A model generated the notes under the pieces. It did no database searches, was not told the origin of the DNA, and saw only the letters and a list, made by a program, of their open reading frames with translations. The translations under genes were made by a program, and so were the position numbers. A stretch of 10,034 bases of DNA from a virus. The stretch lies in the UHGV virus genome UHGV-0283685; one strand, written 5' to 3'. Shown one piece after another: positions 1 through 6,267 of the stretch; positions within the stretch are counted from its first letter, which is position 1, and each line of letters begins with the position of its first letter.

Positions 1-144
1 GCGATATTCTGCCTGGGTGTGTTCACGCGCAATGAAGAACGTACAACCGGCTATCGCACCGTAAGCCCAGTTTCCGGTAGAAAGGCCAACCAGTATCTGC
101 GCAATAACCGCGCATACTGCATGTGTTATTGGTGTTGTATCCAT
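1..144 (-). CDS. Hypothetical membrane protein, N-terminal 48 codons only (runs off the window)
   Basis: ATG at 142-144 (minus) preceded by AAGGAT about 6 nt upstream, 36 nt downstream of the tailspike stop. Translation MDTTPITHAVCAVIAQILVGLSTGNWAYGAIAGCTFFIAREHTQAEYR is open to the window edge and strongly hydrophobic (likely a TM helix). No family recognised. Confidence 0.4.
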   Translation of the reverse strand, partial: MDTTPITHAVCAVIAQILVGLSTGNWAYGAIAGCTFFIAREHTQAEYR

Positions 145-180
145 ATTTTTATCCTTTTTTAATTTAGCAAATTGATACAA

Positions 181-2832
181 TTACACTCCTGATACTTCAA
201 TAGATAGTTGAATCTTATTTGGCATCTTGTTGCTTAAATATATGGTTGCAAAGTCAAACGAAATATTTAAGTTATTTTCATCACCATCATTATCTGAAAG
301 AACTCCGGTTTTCAATACAACATTTTGCTTATTAATTTCTTTTAAAGGAGAAAAATCAATTGCCTCACCACGATGAATAAGAACACCAACTGCAACTACC
401 CCATGAATATCAAGTATGTCGTGCATATCAAGGCGAACACATGGGACGTATCCACCAACAAGGATACTTGTAGATTTGTTGGCTTCAAGTGTTATTAGAT
501 ATTTTCCGTCTGGTTGAACTATTGTTCCTGCTATTCCATCTGGCGTGTTGAACATACCGCAGTATCTGTATCCTGCTCCAACAGGAACAATTCTGTTACC
601 GCCAAGATCATGGAAATTTCGAACAATTATTGCACCAGGAACTGATGAATAAACCATTACTGCCTCTGTTTGCCCTGATACAGAGTCTGATGTTTCTGGG
701 TTCGCCATGCATAAATTACCACCAAAATAAATATTTTGGATTAGAGGGGTGAGGCCATCATTAACCTCAAAACGTAAAAAGCCCTTGAGAACAGTCCTTG
801 CGGTATTATTCTTAATAACAACAGGAAGTTCTTTATAGTAAGAGTTTCTGTCTGTCTGTGCCAGAGTTGTTTCAATAAAAACAAAAGGTCTGTGATTACG
901 TTGAGTTGCATTCACAGGTTTGTACCTCAAGTTGTATGGCAAAGACATCTCAGTAAAACCATCAATATAATTACAGTTCTGAATCGTGAACCCACCACCA
1001 CTATATCTTACAAAAAAAGGAGCCGGTCCGCTAAATCCCCTGGCGTTCATTCCATCATACACTTCATTTAATCCGCGTATTACACCAGCATAATACAAAT
1101 TGACTGAATTGCCGCCTGTAAAAGTTGTTTCGTATGATGGGCCGTGTCCACCGCAACATGAATTTCTTGTATCGCCATCAGGGAAAAATTTAACTCCATC
1201 ATATGCAGTTCCACCACCCATCATCGTTGGATTTATAATGTTATTATACAGTGATACCATTTGAGTCCCGCTTACATCAAGCCCCCTCCTGCAAGCAAAT
1301 GCTATCATATCCACGACTGTGCAATAGCTGCTATTGTATATTTCAACACCATAACCAGTGCCGTTTGTTAAATCATATGCACGGTTTGAGTATTCAATAT
1401 ATGGCTCTATTATTTTCGTTCTGTAGCATGACTCAAGAAAAATTCCAGTTTCTGAAAAGCCGATTAGTTTTATTCCTTCTATATGCATATCAACAGCGCC
1501 ATCTATCACAAGACCACGGAACCCCAAATCACCAGGAGATGCGTTCTGCGTGACAGGTCTTTCAAAATTGAAATCACCGACAATTCTGCCGTAGCATGGT
1601 TTTCTTTTATATATATTTGCCTTTCTTGTGATTTTAAACACGTCTCCAACAGATGGTTTAAACGGGAATGGTCCCTGAGCATATTCAAATTTTGCTGTTT
1701 TAGTGTCGTAATCCCAATGAGTTATGTATCTTGATATTCCGGCGTTAGCTCCGGTGACACCTGTTACTTTTACCTGATTGTATTGTTTTGTTAATGTTGC
1801 ATCATTACCAAATGAGAATTCACCTCCGGATACAGATGCTGTTACGGTCGTTGAGTAATCATTGCTCGCAGAGTAGAAAAAATAAAATGCACCTGATATC
1901 TCCGCTTTTTTTGTTGCATTATCAAAAGCAGTAACAACATGCATTTCACCTTCACAAGCCTGTCCTCTATTATCTGTCTGAATTAAGCGATTGCCATGAA
2001 TCATAATTATATCGCCTGCATCAACAGAATATGCTGAGTTAATTGATATTGATGTGTCACCAGGATTTATTGTTGAATTATAGTCAATTGGCGTGGCATC
2101 TCCACCTTCGAGTCTTATGAAATAATCATCAATCCAGTTTGGACCAAGAGGCTCTTTTGCGGTTGACTTTAAGACAACCTTGCCATCAGCTACCCAGTCA
2201 TAGTTATAATTATCCCCGCCGCATTTTATGCGGCTAATCAAATACACACCAGAATCCCACTTCAGGCGTTTTCTGTTAGATGCGCAGTAAATGATGGCAT
2301 TTGTTATTGCGTATGTATCGTCAGTAATGCCATCCCCTTTTGCACCAAAATCGCGAACATTTACATGGTCATCAAGTTTATCCTGTAGCGTCCTTTGTGT
2401 TGCTCCGTCTACTTCTTCTGGAAGACCGTACTTATAATTTATAATTGATGGAGTTGAACCATTGTTAAACTTATTCTCTAGTTCTTGTTTAAACTGATCA
2501 GGATCATATTTCAGAATGTTTGGAAAATAGAACTGCTGCGCCCCATAAGCATCGTAAACAGCCATAGAATGGCCTTGCACGGTTACGAATTTGGCAATCT
2601 GTCCGTTATATACCGGATATCCAGCAGCGTTAATGATGATTGGTTGCGAAACAGGAACGTGAGAACCGTCTTCGTTCTCCACATAAACCTGAATCTGGTT
2701 TTCAGGATTTACCGGGTCAGTGTCAATTTTTCCGATATAAATTTTGCCATTGGCTACGGCTTTAAAAGAACGAGCCATAGTGAAGAGTTGCGAAGGCATC
2801 GATACGATCACATTGGCTGTAATGTCTGTCAT
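181..2832 (-). CDS. Tailspike protein: P22 gp9-like N-terminal head-binding domain fused to a long, different receptor-binding region (883 aa)
   Basis: N-terminus [11 protein letters not shown]...[37 protein letters not shown]...[15 protein letters not shown]...LKYDPDQ closely matches the recalled P22 tailspike N-terminal domain; the remaining ~770 aa does not resemble P22 gp9. ATG at 2830-2832 with GGAG 8 nt upstream; stop TAA at 181-183. Confidence 0.9.
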   Translation of the reverse strand: MTDITANVIVSMPSQLFTMARSFKAVANGKIYIGKIDTDPVNPENQIQVYVENEDGSHVPVSQPIIINAAGYPVYNGQIAKFVTVQGHSMAVYDAYGAQQFYFPNILKYDPDQFKQELENKFNNGSTPSIINYKYGLPEEVDGATQRTLQDKLDDHVNVRDFGAKGDGITDDTYAITNAIIYCASNRKRLKWDSGVYLISRIKCGGDNYNYDWVADGKVVLKSTAKEPLGPNWIDDYFIRLEGGDATPIDYNSTINPGDTSISINSAYSVDAGDIIMIHGNRLIQTDNRGQACEGEMHVVTAFDNATKKAEISGAFYFFYSASNDYSTTVTASVSGGEFSFGNDATLTKQYNQVKVTGVTGANAGISRYITHWDYDTKTAKFEYAQGPFPFKPSVGDVFKITRKANIYKRKPCYGRIVGDFNFERPVTQNASPGDLGFRGLVIDGAVDMHIEGIKLIGFSETGIFLESCYRTKIIEPYIEYSNRAYDLTNGTGYGVEIYNSSYCTVVDMIAFACRRGLDVSGTQMVSLYNNIINPTMMGGGTAYDGVKFFPDGDTRNSCCGGHGPSYETTFTGGNSVNLYYAGVIRGLNEVYDGMNARGFSGPAPFFVRYSGGGFTIQNCNYIDGFTEMSLPYNLRYKPVNATQRNHRPFVFIETTLAQTDRNSYYKELPVVIKNNTARTVLKGFLRFEVNDGLTPLIQNIYFGGNLCMANPETSDSVSGQTEAVMVYSSVPGAIIVRNFHDLGGNRIVPVGAGYRYCGMFNTPDGIAGTIVQPDGKYLITLEANKSTSILVGGYVPCVRLDMHDILDIHGVVAVGVLIHRGEAIDFSPLKEINKQNVVLKTGVLSDNDGDENNLNISFDFATIYLSNKMPNKIQLSIEVSGV

Positions 2833-2964
2833 TTAATTTGCTCCAGATACAAGGAATCACCGAAGCATGGCTACGGTTGATGTTTGTTGCATACCGAAAT
2901 GGTACGATTGTTGATTTGTACAGTAGGTTTTACGATGCCATTCCACCCATTTGGTGAGGCATTG

Positions 2965-3222
2965 ATGATGTACAGCAAATACGATGAGGCGCAGTTCCAC
3001 TTGAGGCTTACGCACGAGTTGCACGCTAAGATTAAGCAGCGTGCAAAAATGAATAACAGGTCTATCAATTCCGAAATTGTGGCTACGATGGAAGAATCAC
3101 TCTCCAAACCATCACCTGTAAGCGGGTATCGTGATGAAGAAGAGAGGTTGGCCTCATTAATCTCGGAGCGAGTAAAAGAAGTTGCGGCTGATATCCTTAG
3201 AAAAGAAAAAACCCGCGATTAA
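2965..3222 (+). CDS. mnt: Mnt-like ribbon-helix-helix repressor, second paralog (85 aa)
   Basis: FHLRLTHELHAKIKQRAKMNNRSINSEIVATMEESLSKPSPVSGYRDEEERLA aligns along most of its length with recalled P22 Mnt (…NGRSMNSELLQIVQDALSKPSPVTGYRNDAERLA…). Start moved from the track's TTG at 2884 to ATG 2965, which has GGTGAGG 5 nt upstream and gives an N-terminus of Mnt-like length. Stop TAA 3220-3222. Confidence 0.75.
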   Translation: MMYSKYDEAQFHLRLTHELHAKIKQRAKMNNRSINSEIVATMEESLSKPSPVSGYRDEEERLASLISERVKEVAADILRKEKTRD

Positions 3223-3230
3223 GCGGGTTT
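3211..3230. terminator. Bidirectional intrinsic terminator between convergent genes
   Basis: GC stem CCCGC (3212-3216) / GCGGG (3223-3227) with loop GATTAA, flanked by AAAAGAAAAA upstream and TTT downstream. The U-tract is stronger for minus-strand transcripts. Sits between the Mnt-like stop (3222) and the 73-aa ORF stop (3237). Confidence 0.6.
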
Positions 3231-3236
3231 AGTTGG

Positions 3237-3458
3237 TTAGTTATCAAAAAGTCCGTACGTTTCTTCTTCTTCAGGTGTAAGGGGAAGAATCTCTACTCTA
3301 TCTATAGATATCTTTTCAATGTACCCATGAGGTCTACTTAAAATTAAAGCTCTCTCATGCCACAGAACTCCAAGAATGTGATACCTTCCAGCATCGCCTT
3401 TTACCCTGGCTCTTCCTTTGATTCTTGGCGGCATAATGCCATATTTTTTCTTTGCCAT
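3237..3458 (-). CDS. Hypothetical basic protein (73 aa), translationally coupled to the upstream gene
   Basis: ATG at 3456-3458 overlaps the upstream stop as TAATG. N-terminus is Lys/Arg-rich (MAKKKYGIMPPRIKGRARVKG). No own SD within normal spacing. No family recognised. Confidence 0.5.
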   Translation of the reverse strand: MAKKKYGIMPPRIKGRARVKGDAGRYHILGVLWHERALILSRPHGYIEKISIDRVEILPLTPEEEETYGLFDN

Positions 3459-4186
3459 TATGCAACATTACTCCCATGAATCAGGTGTTGTAGTGCTTTA
3501 ACACCTTCCTCATTGTAGCGGAATGCTTCCACCTGTTTGCTGGAATGCGCAGATTTATCCAGGAAGAACTTCCCGTACTGCTCAGTTTTGAGGTTGTTTG
3601 CGTTAGCAATGCGACCAATCTTGTTGGCCGTTACTCCAAGCTGCTCTGCAACCTCCCCTGCTGAGTAGTAATGCTCTTCTATTGCTGGAAGAGGTATTGC
3701 ATTAAAACCAACGATCGGGTTGATTATGCTTGCTGCCGCAGTCTGCTTTGCTTCCGGCGCAAGATTTGGCATCAAATCGAACAGATTGGTAACAGCTTCA
3801 ACCGTCATTTTCAATGTTCGCGCCTGGCGATACTCAACAAGTCCACTAGACGATTTACCGCTTTTAATGTGCGCTTCTTGCATACTTTCAAGTTGGTCTA
3901 CAAGTGAGCGGCGAACAGCTTTAGATTCACGAGCAGCCACTCGAAGGGCTTGCTTAATTGACATAACAACTTTTTCAGAAGTTGTCTTGTTTGATTTTTG
4001 AACTACGAAAATTTCGTAGTGCTCACCTTCAAGTTCATCCTTAATGCGTGCAATAAAGTCGTTATTGCGGACTTCTTTTTCCCCGCACTGTCTACGAGCA
4101 TGATTGACCATCTCTAACAGGTACTGGCTATCAATGGTTTTATCCGTGACAACGGATCCGATGTTTGCTACATTCTTAAAAGTCAT
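3458..4186 (-). CDS. Phage antirepressor/regulatory-like protein with C-terminal KilA-C/ORF6C-type HTH-like segment (243 aa)
   Basis: C-terminal YSAGEVAEQLGVTANKIGRIANANNLKTEQYGKFFLDKS...GVKAL has the look of the DNA-binding C-terminal domain of phage antirepressors. Start set at ATG 4184-4186 (AAGGAA 6 nt upstream) rather than the track's GTG at 4237, which lies inside a terminator hairpin. Confidence 0.65.
   Translation of the reverse strand: MTFKNVANIGSVVTDKTIDSQYLLEMVNHARRQCGEKEVRNNDFIARIKDELEGEHYEIFVVQKSNKTTSEKVVMSIKQALRVAARESKAVRRSLVDQLESMQEAHIKSGKSSSGLVEYRQARTLKMTVEAVTNLFDLMPNLAPEAKQTAAASIINPIVGFNAIPLPAIEEHYYSAGEVAEQLGVTANKIGRIANANNLKTEQYGKFFLDKSAHSSKQVEAFRYNEEGVKALQHLIHGSNVA
4146..4174 (+). 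promoter_or_regulatory. Candidate antisense promoter (sar-like copy 2)
   Basis: -35 GTGACA (4146-4151), 17-bp spacer, extended -10 TGcTACATT (4166-4174), located just inside the start of the minus-strand gene at 4186. The motif TTTGCTACATT nearly matches TTTGCTACAAT at 4885-4895. Confidence 0.35.
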
Positions 4187-4255
4187 TAGGCATTCCTTAT
4201 GTGGTAGTAAGGGTGTGACATAGGCCGCCAGCAGCACACTGGCGGTTTTCTTTTT
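4181..4255 (+). ncRNA. Candidate sar-like antisense RNA 2 (about 75 nt), complementary to the RBS and start codon of the antirepressor-like gene at 3458-4186
   Basis: Predicted start about 7 nt after the -10. Ends at a strong plus-strand intrinsic terminator: stem 4224-4231 / 4239-4245 (7 bp), loop CAGCACA, then TTTTCTTTTT (4246-4255). On the minus strand the same hairpin lacks a U-tract. Confidence 0.35.
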
Positions 4256-4274
4256 GCGCCGTCCGGCGCACCAA

Positions 4275-4901
4275 TCAATGAATCCATTCCTCGCCGCGCA
4301 GTTTTGCCAGCATTGGCTGAGCGTTCTTTACGACAAAATTGTTGGTATCAAGATTCTTCATTTCACGAAGAAGTGATTTCTTGGTTTCTTCTGACATGTA
4401 GCGAGTCTCATATGCAATATCGTAAATCCTTCCTGAAAGCTCAGAACCAATTTGCTTCATTCCTGGGTAGATGTGTTTGCACATTTGTTGACTCTTCTCC
4501 ATCCACAATTGTAAGTAGCAGAGATTAACCAGTTCTTCGTCAGTAAACTGTTTTGCAATCGGTGAGCATTCTGCCTGCCGATCCAAAATATCCAGCACCC
4601 AGCGGCGGAACTCTTTGGCTACCTGAGTGCGAGCAAACATCGCGATTAGGTGGGCACCGCGTAGTGAGAAAACACGCACTTTTTTACGATAATTTCCTGA
4701 GGTACTCACTTCGAGTACCTGAGTCATTCCGGCGCTAAACTCATCGCTATACTTGTTATAAATCATTGTTACTGCACGACTATTTGCGTATTTAAGTGCA
4801 GATGCAATATTAGATGATGTAAACCAAACACCATGCATATCACGGGTGGGCACCAATTCAACTCCGTGGAAGTTGTAATCTGATTTTGCTACAATATTCA
4901 T
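4275..4901 (-). CDS. ant: Antirepressor with Bro-N domain (Ant-like, 208 aa)
   Basis: YNFHGVELVPTRDMHGVWFTSSNIASALKYANSRA...LIAMFARTQVAKEFRRWVLDIL fits the Bro-N fold pattern. It sits directly downstream of arc, as ant does in P22. Start set at ATG 4899-4901 (AAGGAA 6 nt upstream) rather than the track's 4985, which overlaps arc. Confidence 0.75.
   Translation of the reverse strand: MNIVAKSDYNFHGVELVPTRDMHGVWFTSSNIASALKYANSRAVTMIYNKYSDEFSAGMTQVLEVSTSGNYRKKVRVFSLRGAHLIAMFARTQVAKEFRRWVLDILDRQAECSPIAKQFTDEELVNLCYLQLWMEKSQQMCKHIYPGMKQIGSELSGRIYDIAYETRYMSEETKKSLLREMKNLDTNNFVVKNAQPMLAKLRGEEWIH
4887..4895 (+). promoter_or_regulatory. Candidate Psar-like antisense promoter (extended -10)
   Basis: TGcTACAAT (4887-4895) on the plus strand, immediately next to the ant start codon (4899-4901). 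No convincing -35. Confidence 0.35.
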
Positions 4902-4976
4902 GTTAGTTTCCTTGCATACGGTTACTGACATAGAGGCCCGGTTTGTGTTCACGCACTGCCGGGCTTCACTATTTTT
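4902..4976 (+). ncRNA. sar: Candidate Sar-like antisense RNA (about 75 nt), complementary to the ant RBS and the arc-ant intercistronic region
   Basis: Position and orientation match what is known for P22 sar (a small antisense RNA of about 68-69 nt from the arc-ant intercistronic region). Plus-strand hairpin GGCCCGG (4935-4941) / CCGGGC (4959-4964) followed by TTCACTATTTTT (4965-4976). Confidence 0.4.
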
Positions 4977-5148
4977 ACTGGGCATTAGCTCTTTCCTCTC
5001 TCAGGCTTTTAGCCAGTCGCTGCACAATCGCAGAGTTGATAGAAATTCCATCCATTTCAGCAACACGTCTAATCTCCTCCTTCATTCGCGCTGGCAAACG
5101 AAGCTGGAAACTTTGACTTTTACGACCTGTGTAAAGCACATCTTTCAT
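4975..5148 (-). CDS. arc: Arc-like ribbon-helix-helix repressor (57 aa)
   Basis: SFQLRLPARMKEEIRRVAEMDGISINSAIVQRLAKSLREE aligns with recalled P22 Arc (QFNLRWPREVLDLVRKVAEENGRSVNSEIYQRVMESFKKE). Start set at ATG 5146-5148 (GGGAGAA about 6 nt upstream) rather than the track's GTG at 5161-5163. Stop TAA 4975-4977. Confidence 0.8.
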   Translation of the reverse strand: MKDVLYTGRKSQSFQLRLPARMKEEIRRVAEMDGISINSAIVQRLAKSLREERANAQ

Positions 5149-5169
5149 AAGTAATTCTCCCACAATGAT

Positions 5170-5223
5170 ACCAACTTGGTTCTAGAACCAATTTAACACC
5201 ATTTATTTTGATGTCAAGTTGGT
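5170..5223. promoter_or_regulatory. Operator cluster: 16-bp perfect palindrome TTGGTTCTAGAACCAA plus extra TTGGT/ACCAA half-sites
   Basis: Perfect palindrome at 5176-5191. Overlapping palindrome ACCAAcTTGGT at 5170-5180. A further caagTTGGT at 5215-5223 overlaps the -35. All lie between the divergent arc (-) and Mnt-like (+) starts. Confidence 0.55.
5190..5217 (-). promoter_or_regulatory. Candidate Pant-like promoter for arc-ant
   Basis: On the minus strand: perfect -35 TTGACA (plus 5212-5217), 16-bp spacer, -10 TAAATT (plus 5190-5195). Predicted start falls inside the 16-bp palindrome. Confidence 0.5.
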
Positions 5224-5259
5224 GCTATTGTTTAGCGAACATCTTTACGTTGAGGTCAT

Positions 5260-5580
5260 ATGAGCAAGTTCCCTAGTCATGAAATGGATAGGTTCAATAT
5301 CAGGCTTCCTGCAGGAATGCGGGATGCTATAGCTGAACGAGCCAAACGTAACGGCAGATCAATGAACTCAGAGATTGTTCAGATACTGGAAGATGCCTTG
5401 AATGCAGAAAATACACTCGGGGAAATAGCAGATAAAATCAACAGCGTCTCGGTTCCGCTAAATGTTGATGCGCTAGTTCAACTTCAAGCCCAGGTTATCG
5501 CCATGCAAAAAGAAATACAGGAAAAGTTCAGAGAGCAGAACGAAAAGTTGAGAGAACTGCTAAACAAAAAAACCACCTGA
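5260..5580 (+). CDS. mnt: Mnt-like ribbon-helix-helix repressor with C-terminal coiled-coil, divergent from arc (106 aa)
   Basis: RFNIRLPAGMRDAIAERAKRNGRSMNSEIVQILEDAL closely matches the recalled P22 Mnt RHH region (RAEANGRSMNSELLQIVQDAL), and the C-terminus ends KKTT as Mnt does. The C-terminal half is heptad-like (LVQLQAQVIAMQKEIQEKFREQNEKLRELL). ATG 5260 with GAGG 4 nt upstream. Occupies the mnt position opposite arc. Confidence 0.8.
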   Translation: MSKFPSHEMDRFNIRLPAGMRDAIAERAKRNGRSMNSEIVQILEDALNAENTLGEIADKINSVSVPLNVDALVQLQAQVIAMQKEIQEKFREQNEKLRELLNKKTT

Positions 5581-5606
5581 CGGTGGGTTAATTTTTGCCT
5601 TTTTTG
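5572..5606 (+). terminator. Candidate intrinsic terminator after the Mnt-like gene
   Basis: Stem CCACC (5573-5577) / GGTGG (5582-5586), loop TGAC, followed by GTTAATTTTTGCCTTTTTT. The stem is short (5 bp), so this is only moderate. Confidence 0.45.
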
Positions 5607-5678
5607 GACCATATTGACTACTCATAAAATGAGATCAATATTTAATCGCCCAATAACGGGTGCATGTTGAGGTATATC

Positions 5679-5858
5679 ATGGCGAAAAAACCAGGTGAAA
5701 ACACAGGAAAAAACGGCGGAATATACCAAGAAGTTGGCCCGCGCGGAGGTAAGAAAGACAATTTTGCCACCGTCAAGGACAACGAAAGGCTTCCGCCAAC
5801 AACAAAGCCAGGTCATGGCTGGGTATTAGATAAGCGAACTCCAGACAGCAAAAAGTAA
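5679..5858 (+). CDS. Small hypothetical protein (59 aa), possibly YjzC-like
   Basis: ATG 5679 with GAGG 6 nt upstream (the track's 5664 start lacks an SD). MAKKPGENTGKNGGIYQEVGPRGGKKDNFATVKDNERLPPTTKPGHGWVLDKRTPDSKK is Gly/Lys/Pro-rich. The pattern KPGE..G.NGGIYQEVG...G...LPPT...G..W resembles the small YjzC-like proteins as I remember them. Candidate promoter upstream: TTGACT at 5614-5619. Confidence 0.55.
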   Translation: MAKKPGENTGKNGGIYQEVGPRGGKKDNFATVKDNERLPPTTKPGHGWVLDKRTPDSKK

Positions 5859-5864
5859 TAATCA

Positions 5865-5886
5865 AGCCGGGTCACTCCGGCTTTTT
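5865..5886. terminator. Bidirectional intrinsic terminator between convergent genes
   Basis: Stem GCCGG (5866-5870) / CCGGC (5877-5881), loop GTCACT, then TTTTT (5882-5886). An A-rich run on the other side (5851-5865) serves the minus strand. Overlaps the stop (5872-5874) of the 121-aa gene. Confidence 0.5.
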
Positions 5887-6237
5887 GATATGTCGCTCGC
5901 AGAACTCAACAAGCCTGCTCATTAAGTAGCAGTAAGTCTCGTTGGCTCTTCCTGGTTCAACATCAACGCCGACCCTTGAGCAGATATCGAATGCCATGTG
6001 AGCGCACTCATGGGCAATAGTAGATAGTTTACCATTGAACACACCTATCACATGCAAAACACCATTCTCGCTGCTCATTGTATGAGACGCTCCGTTGGCA
6101 TCCGAGTCCTGCACGTCCACGCCAAGTTTTTGATGCAGGCGTTGCCATTCTGGAAAGTCTCTGCAAAACACAATTGTACCGCTCTCAAAGAGCGGAACGA
6201 GCATTTTTGGTACGTTTCCAATGTTAACTTTTTTCAT
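5872..6237 (-). CDS. Hypothetical protein with HExxH zincin-like motif (121 aa), possibly a minimal metallopeptidase
   Basis: Uninterrupted 122-codon frame with ordinary coding composition. ATG 6235-6237 with AGGA 4 nt upstream. Contains STIAHECAHMAFDI, with several Glu residues 14-30 aa downstream that could supply a third zinc ligand. No family assignment possible without a search. Confidence 0.6.
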   Translation of the reverse strand: MKKVNIGNVPKMLVPLFESGTIVFCRDFPEWQRLHQKLGVDVQDSDANGASHTMSSENGVLHVIGVFNGKLSTIAHECAHMAFDICSRVGVDVEPGRANETYCYLMSRLVEFCERHIKKPE

Positions 6238-6267
6238 GGTATCCTGCTCAAAACTAAGGAGGTTGGT

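Noticed and set aside
1251-1734. Plus-strand ORFs 1251-1553 and 1483-1734 and minus-strand ORF 1506-1688 inside the tailspike gene
   Set aside because: All lie within the long tailspike frame (or antisense to it), have no RBS, and translate to Cys/His/Ser-rich junk typical of out-of-frame or antisense reading.
181-2500. Possibility that the tailspike is an endosialidase-type (K1 capsule) tailspike
   Set aside because: Considered because such tailspikes are long and carry a P22-type N-terminal domain, but I could not find Asp-box-like motifs (S-x-D-x-G-x-T-W) in the translation. Left unassigned.
2485-2880. Plus-strand 131-aa ORF overlapping the tailspike start
   Set aside because: Antisense to the best-supported part of the tailspike gene (the conserved head-binding domain); no SD.
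2884-2964. N-terminal extension of the Mnt paralog from the track's TTG start
   Set aside because: The TTG start has no SD and would add 27 residues with no counterpart in Mnt; the ATG at 2965 has a good RBS and gives the expected length.
2871-3107. Minus-strand 78-aa ORF
   Set aside because: Antisense to the Mnt-like gene, whose frame is supported by homology.
3671-4001. Plus-strand ORFs 3671-3907 and 3720-4001
   Set aside because: Antisense within the antirepressor-like gene; low-complexity Cys/Arg-rich translations.
4187-4237. Upstream extension of the antirepressor-like gene to the track's GTG at 4237
   Set aside because: The GTG lies inside the terminator hairpin at 4224-4245; the ATG at 4186 has a proper AAGGAA RBS.
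4304-4738. Plus-strand ORFs 4304-4528 and 4553-4738
   Set aside because: Antisense within the Bro-N antirepressor gene; no RBS.
4902-4985. Longer ant frame starting at ATG 4983-4985 (or at the internal ATG 4929-4931)
   Set aside because: It would overlap the end of arc and place the terminator hairpin inside coding sequence. The Bro-N domain begins right after the ATG at 4901, which has the good RBS.
4900-5154. Plus-strand 84-aa ORF across the arc locus
   Set aside because: Antisense to the homology-supported Arc-like frame. The plus strand here is better explained by the short sar-like RNA and its terminator.
5622-5816. Minus-strand 64-aa ORF
   Set aside because: Antisense to the YjzC-like gene and spans its promoter region; no RBS.
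6052-6267. N-terminal part of the track's 147-aa plus-strand ORF
   Set aside because: Overlaps the 121-aa HExxH gene on the opposite strand and has no RBS; only the portion from GTG 6268 with its AAGGAGG SD was kept.
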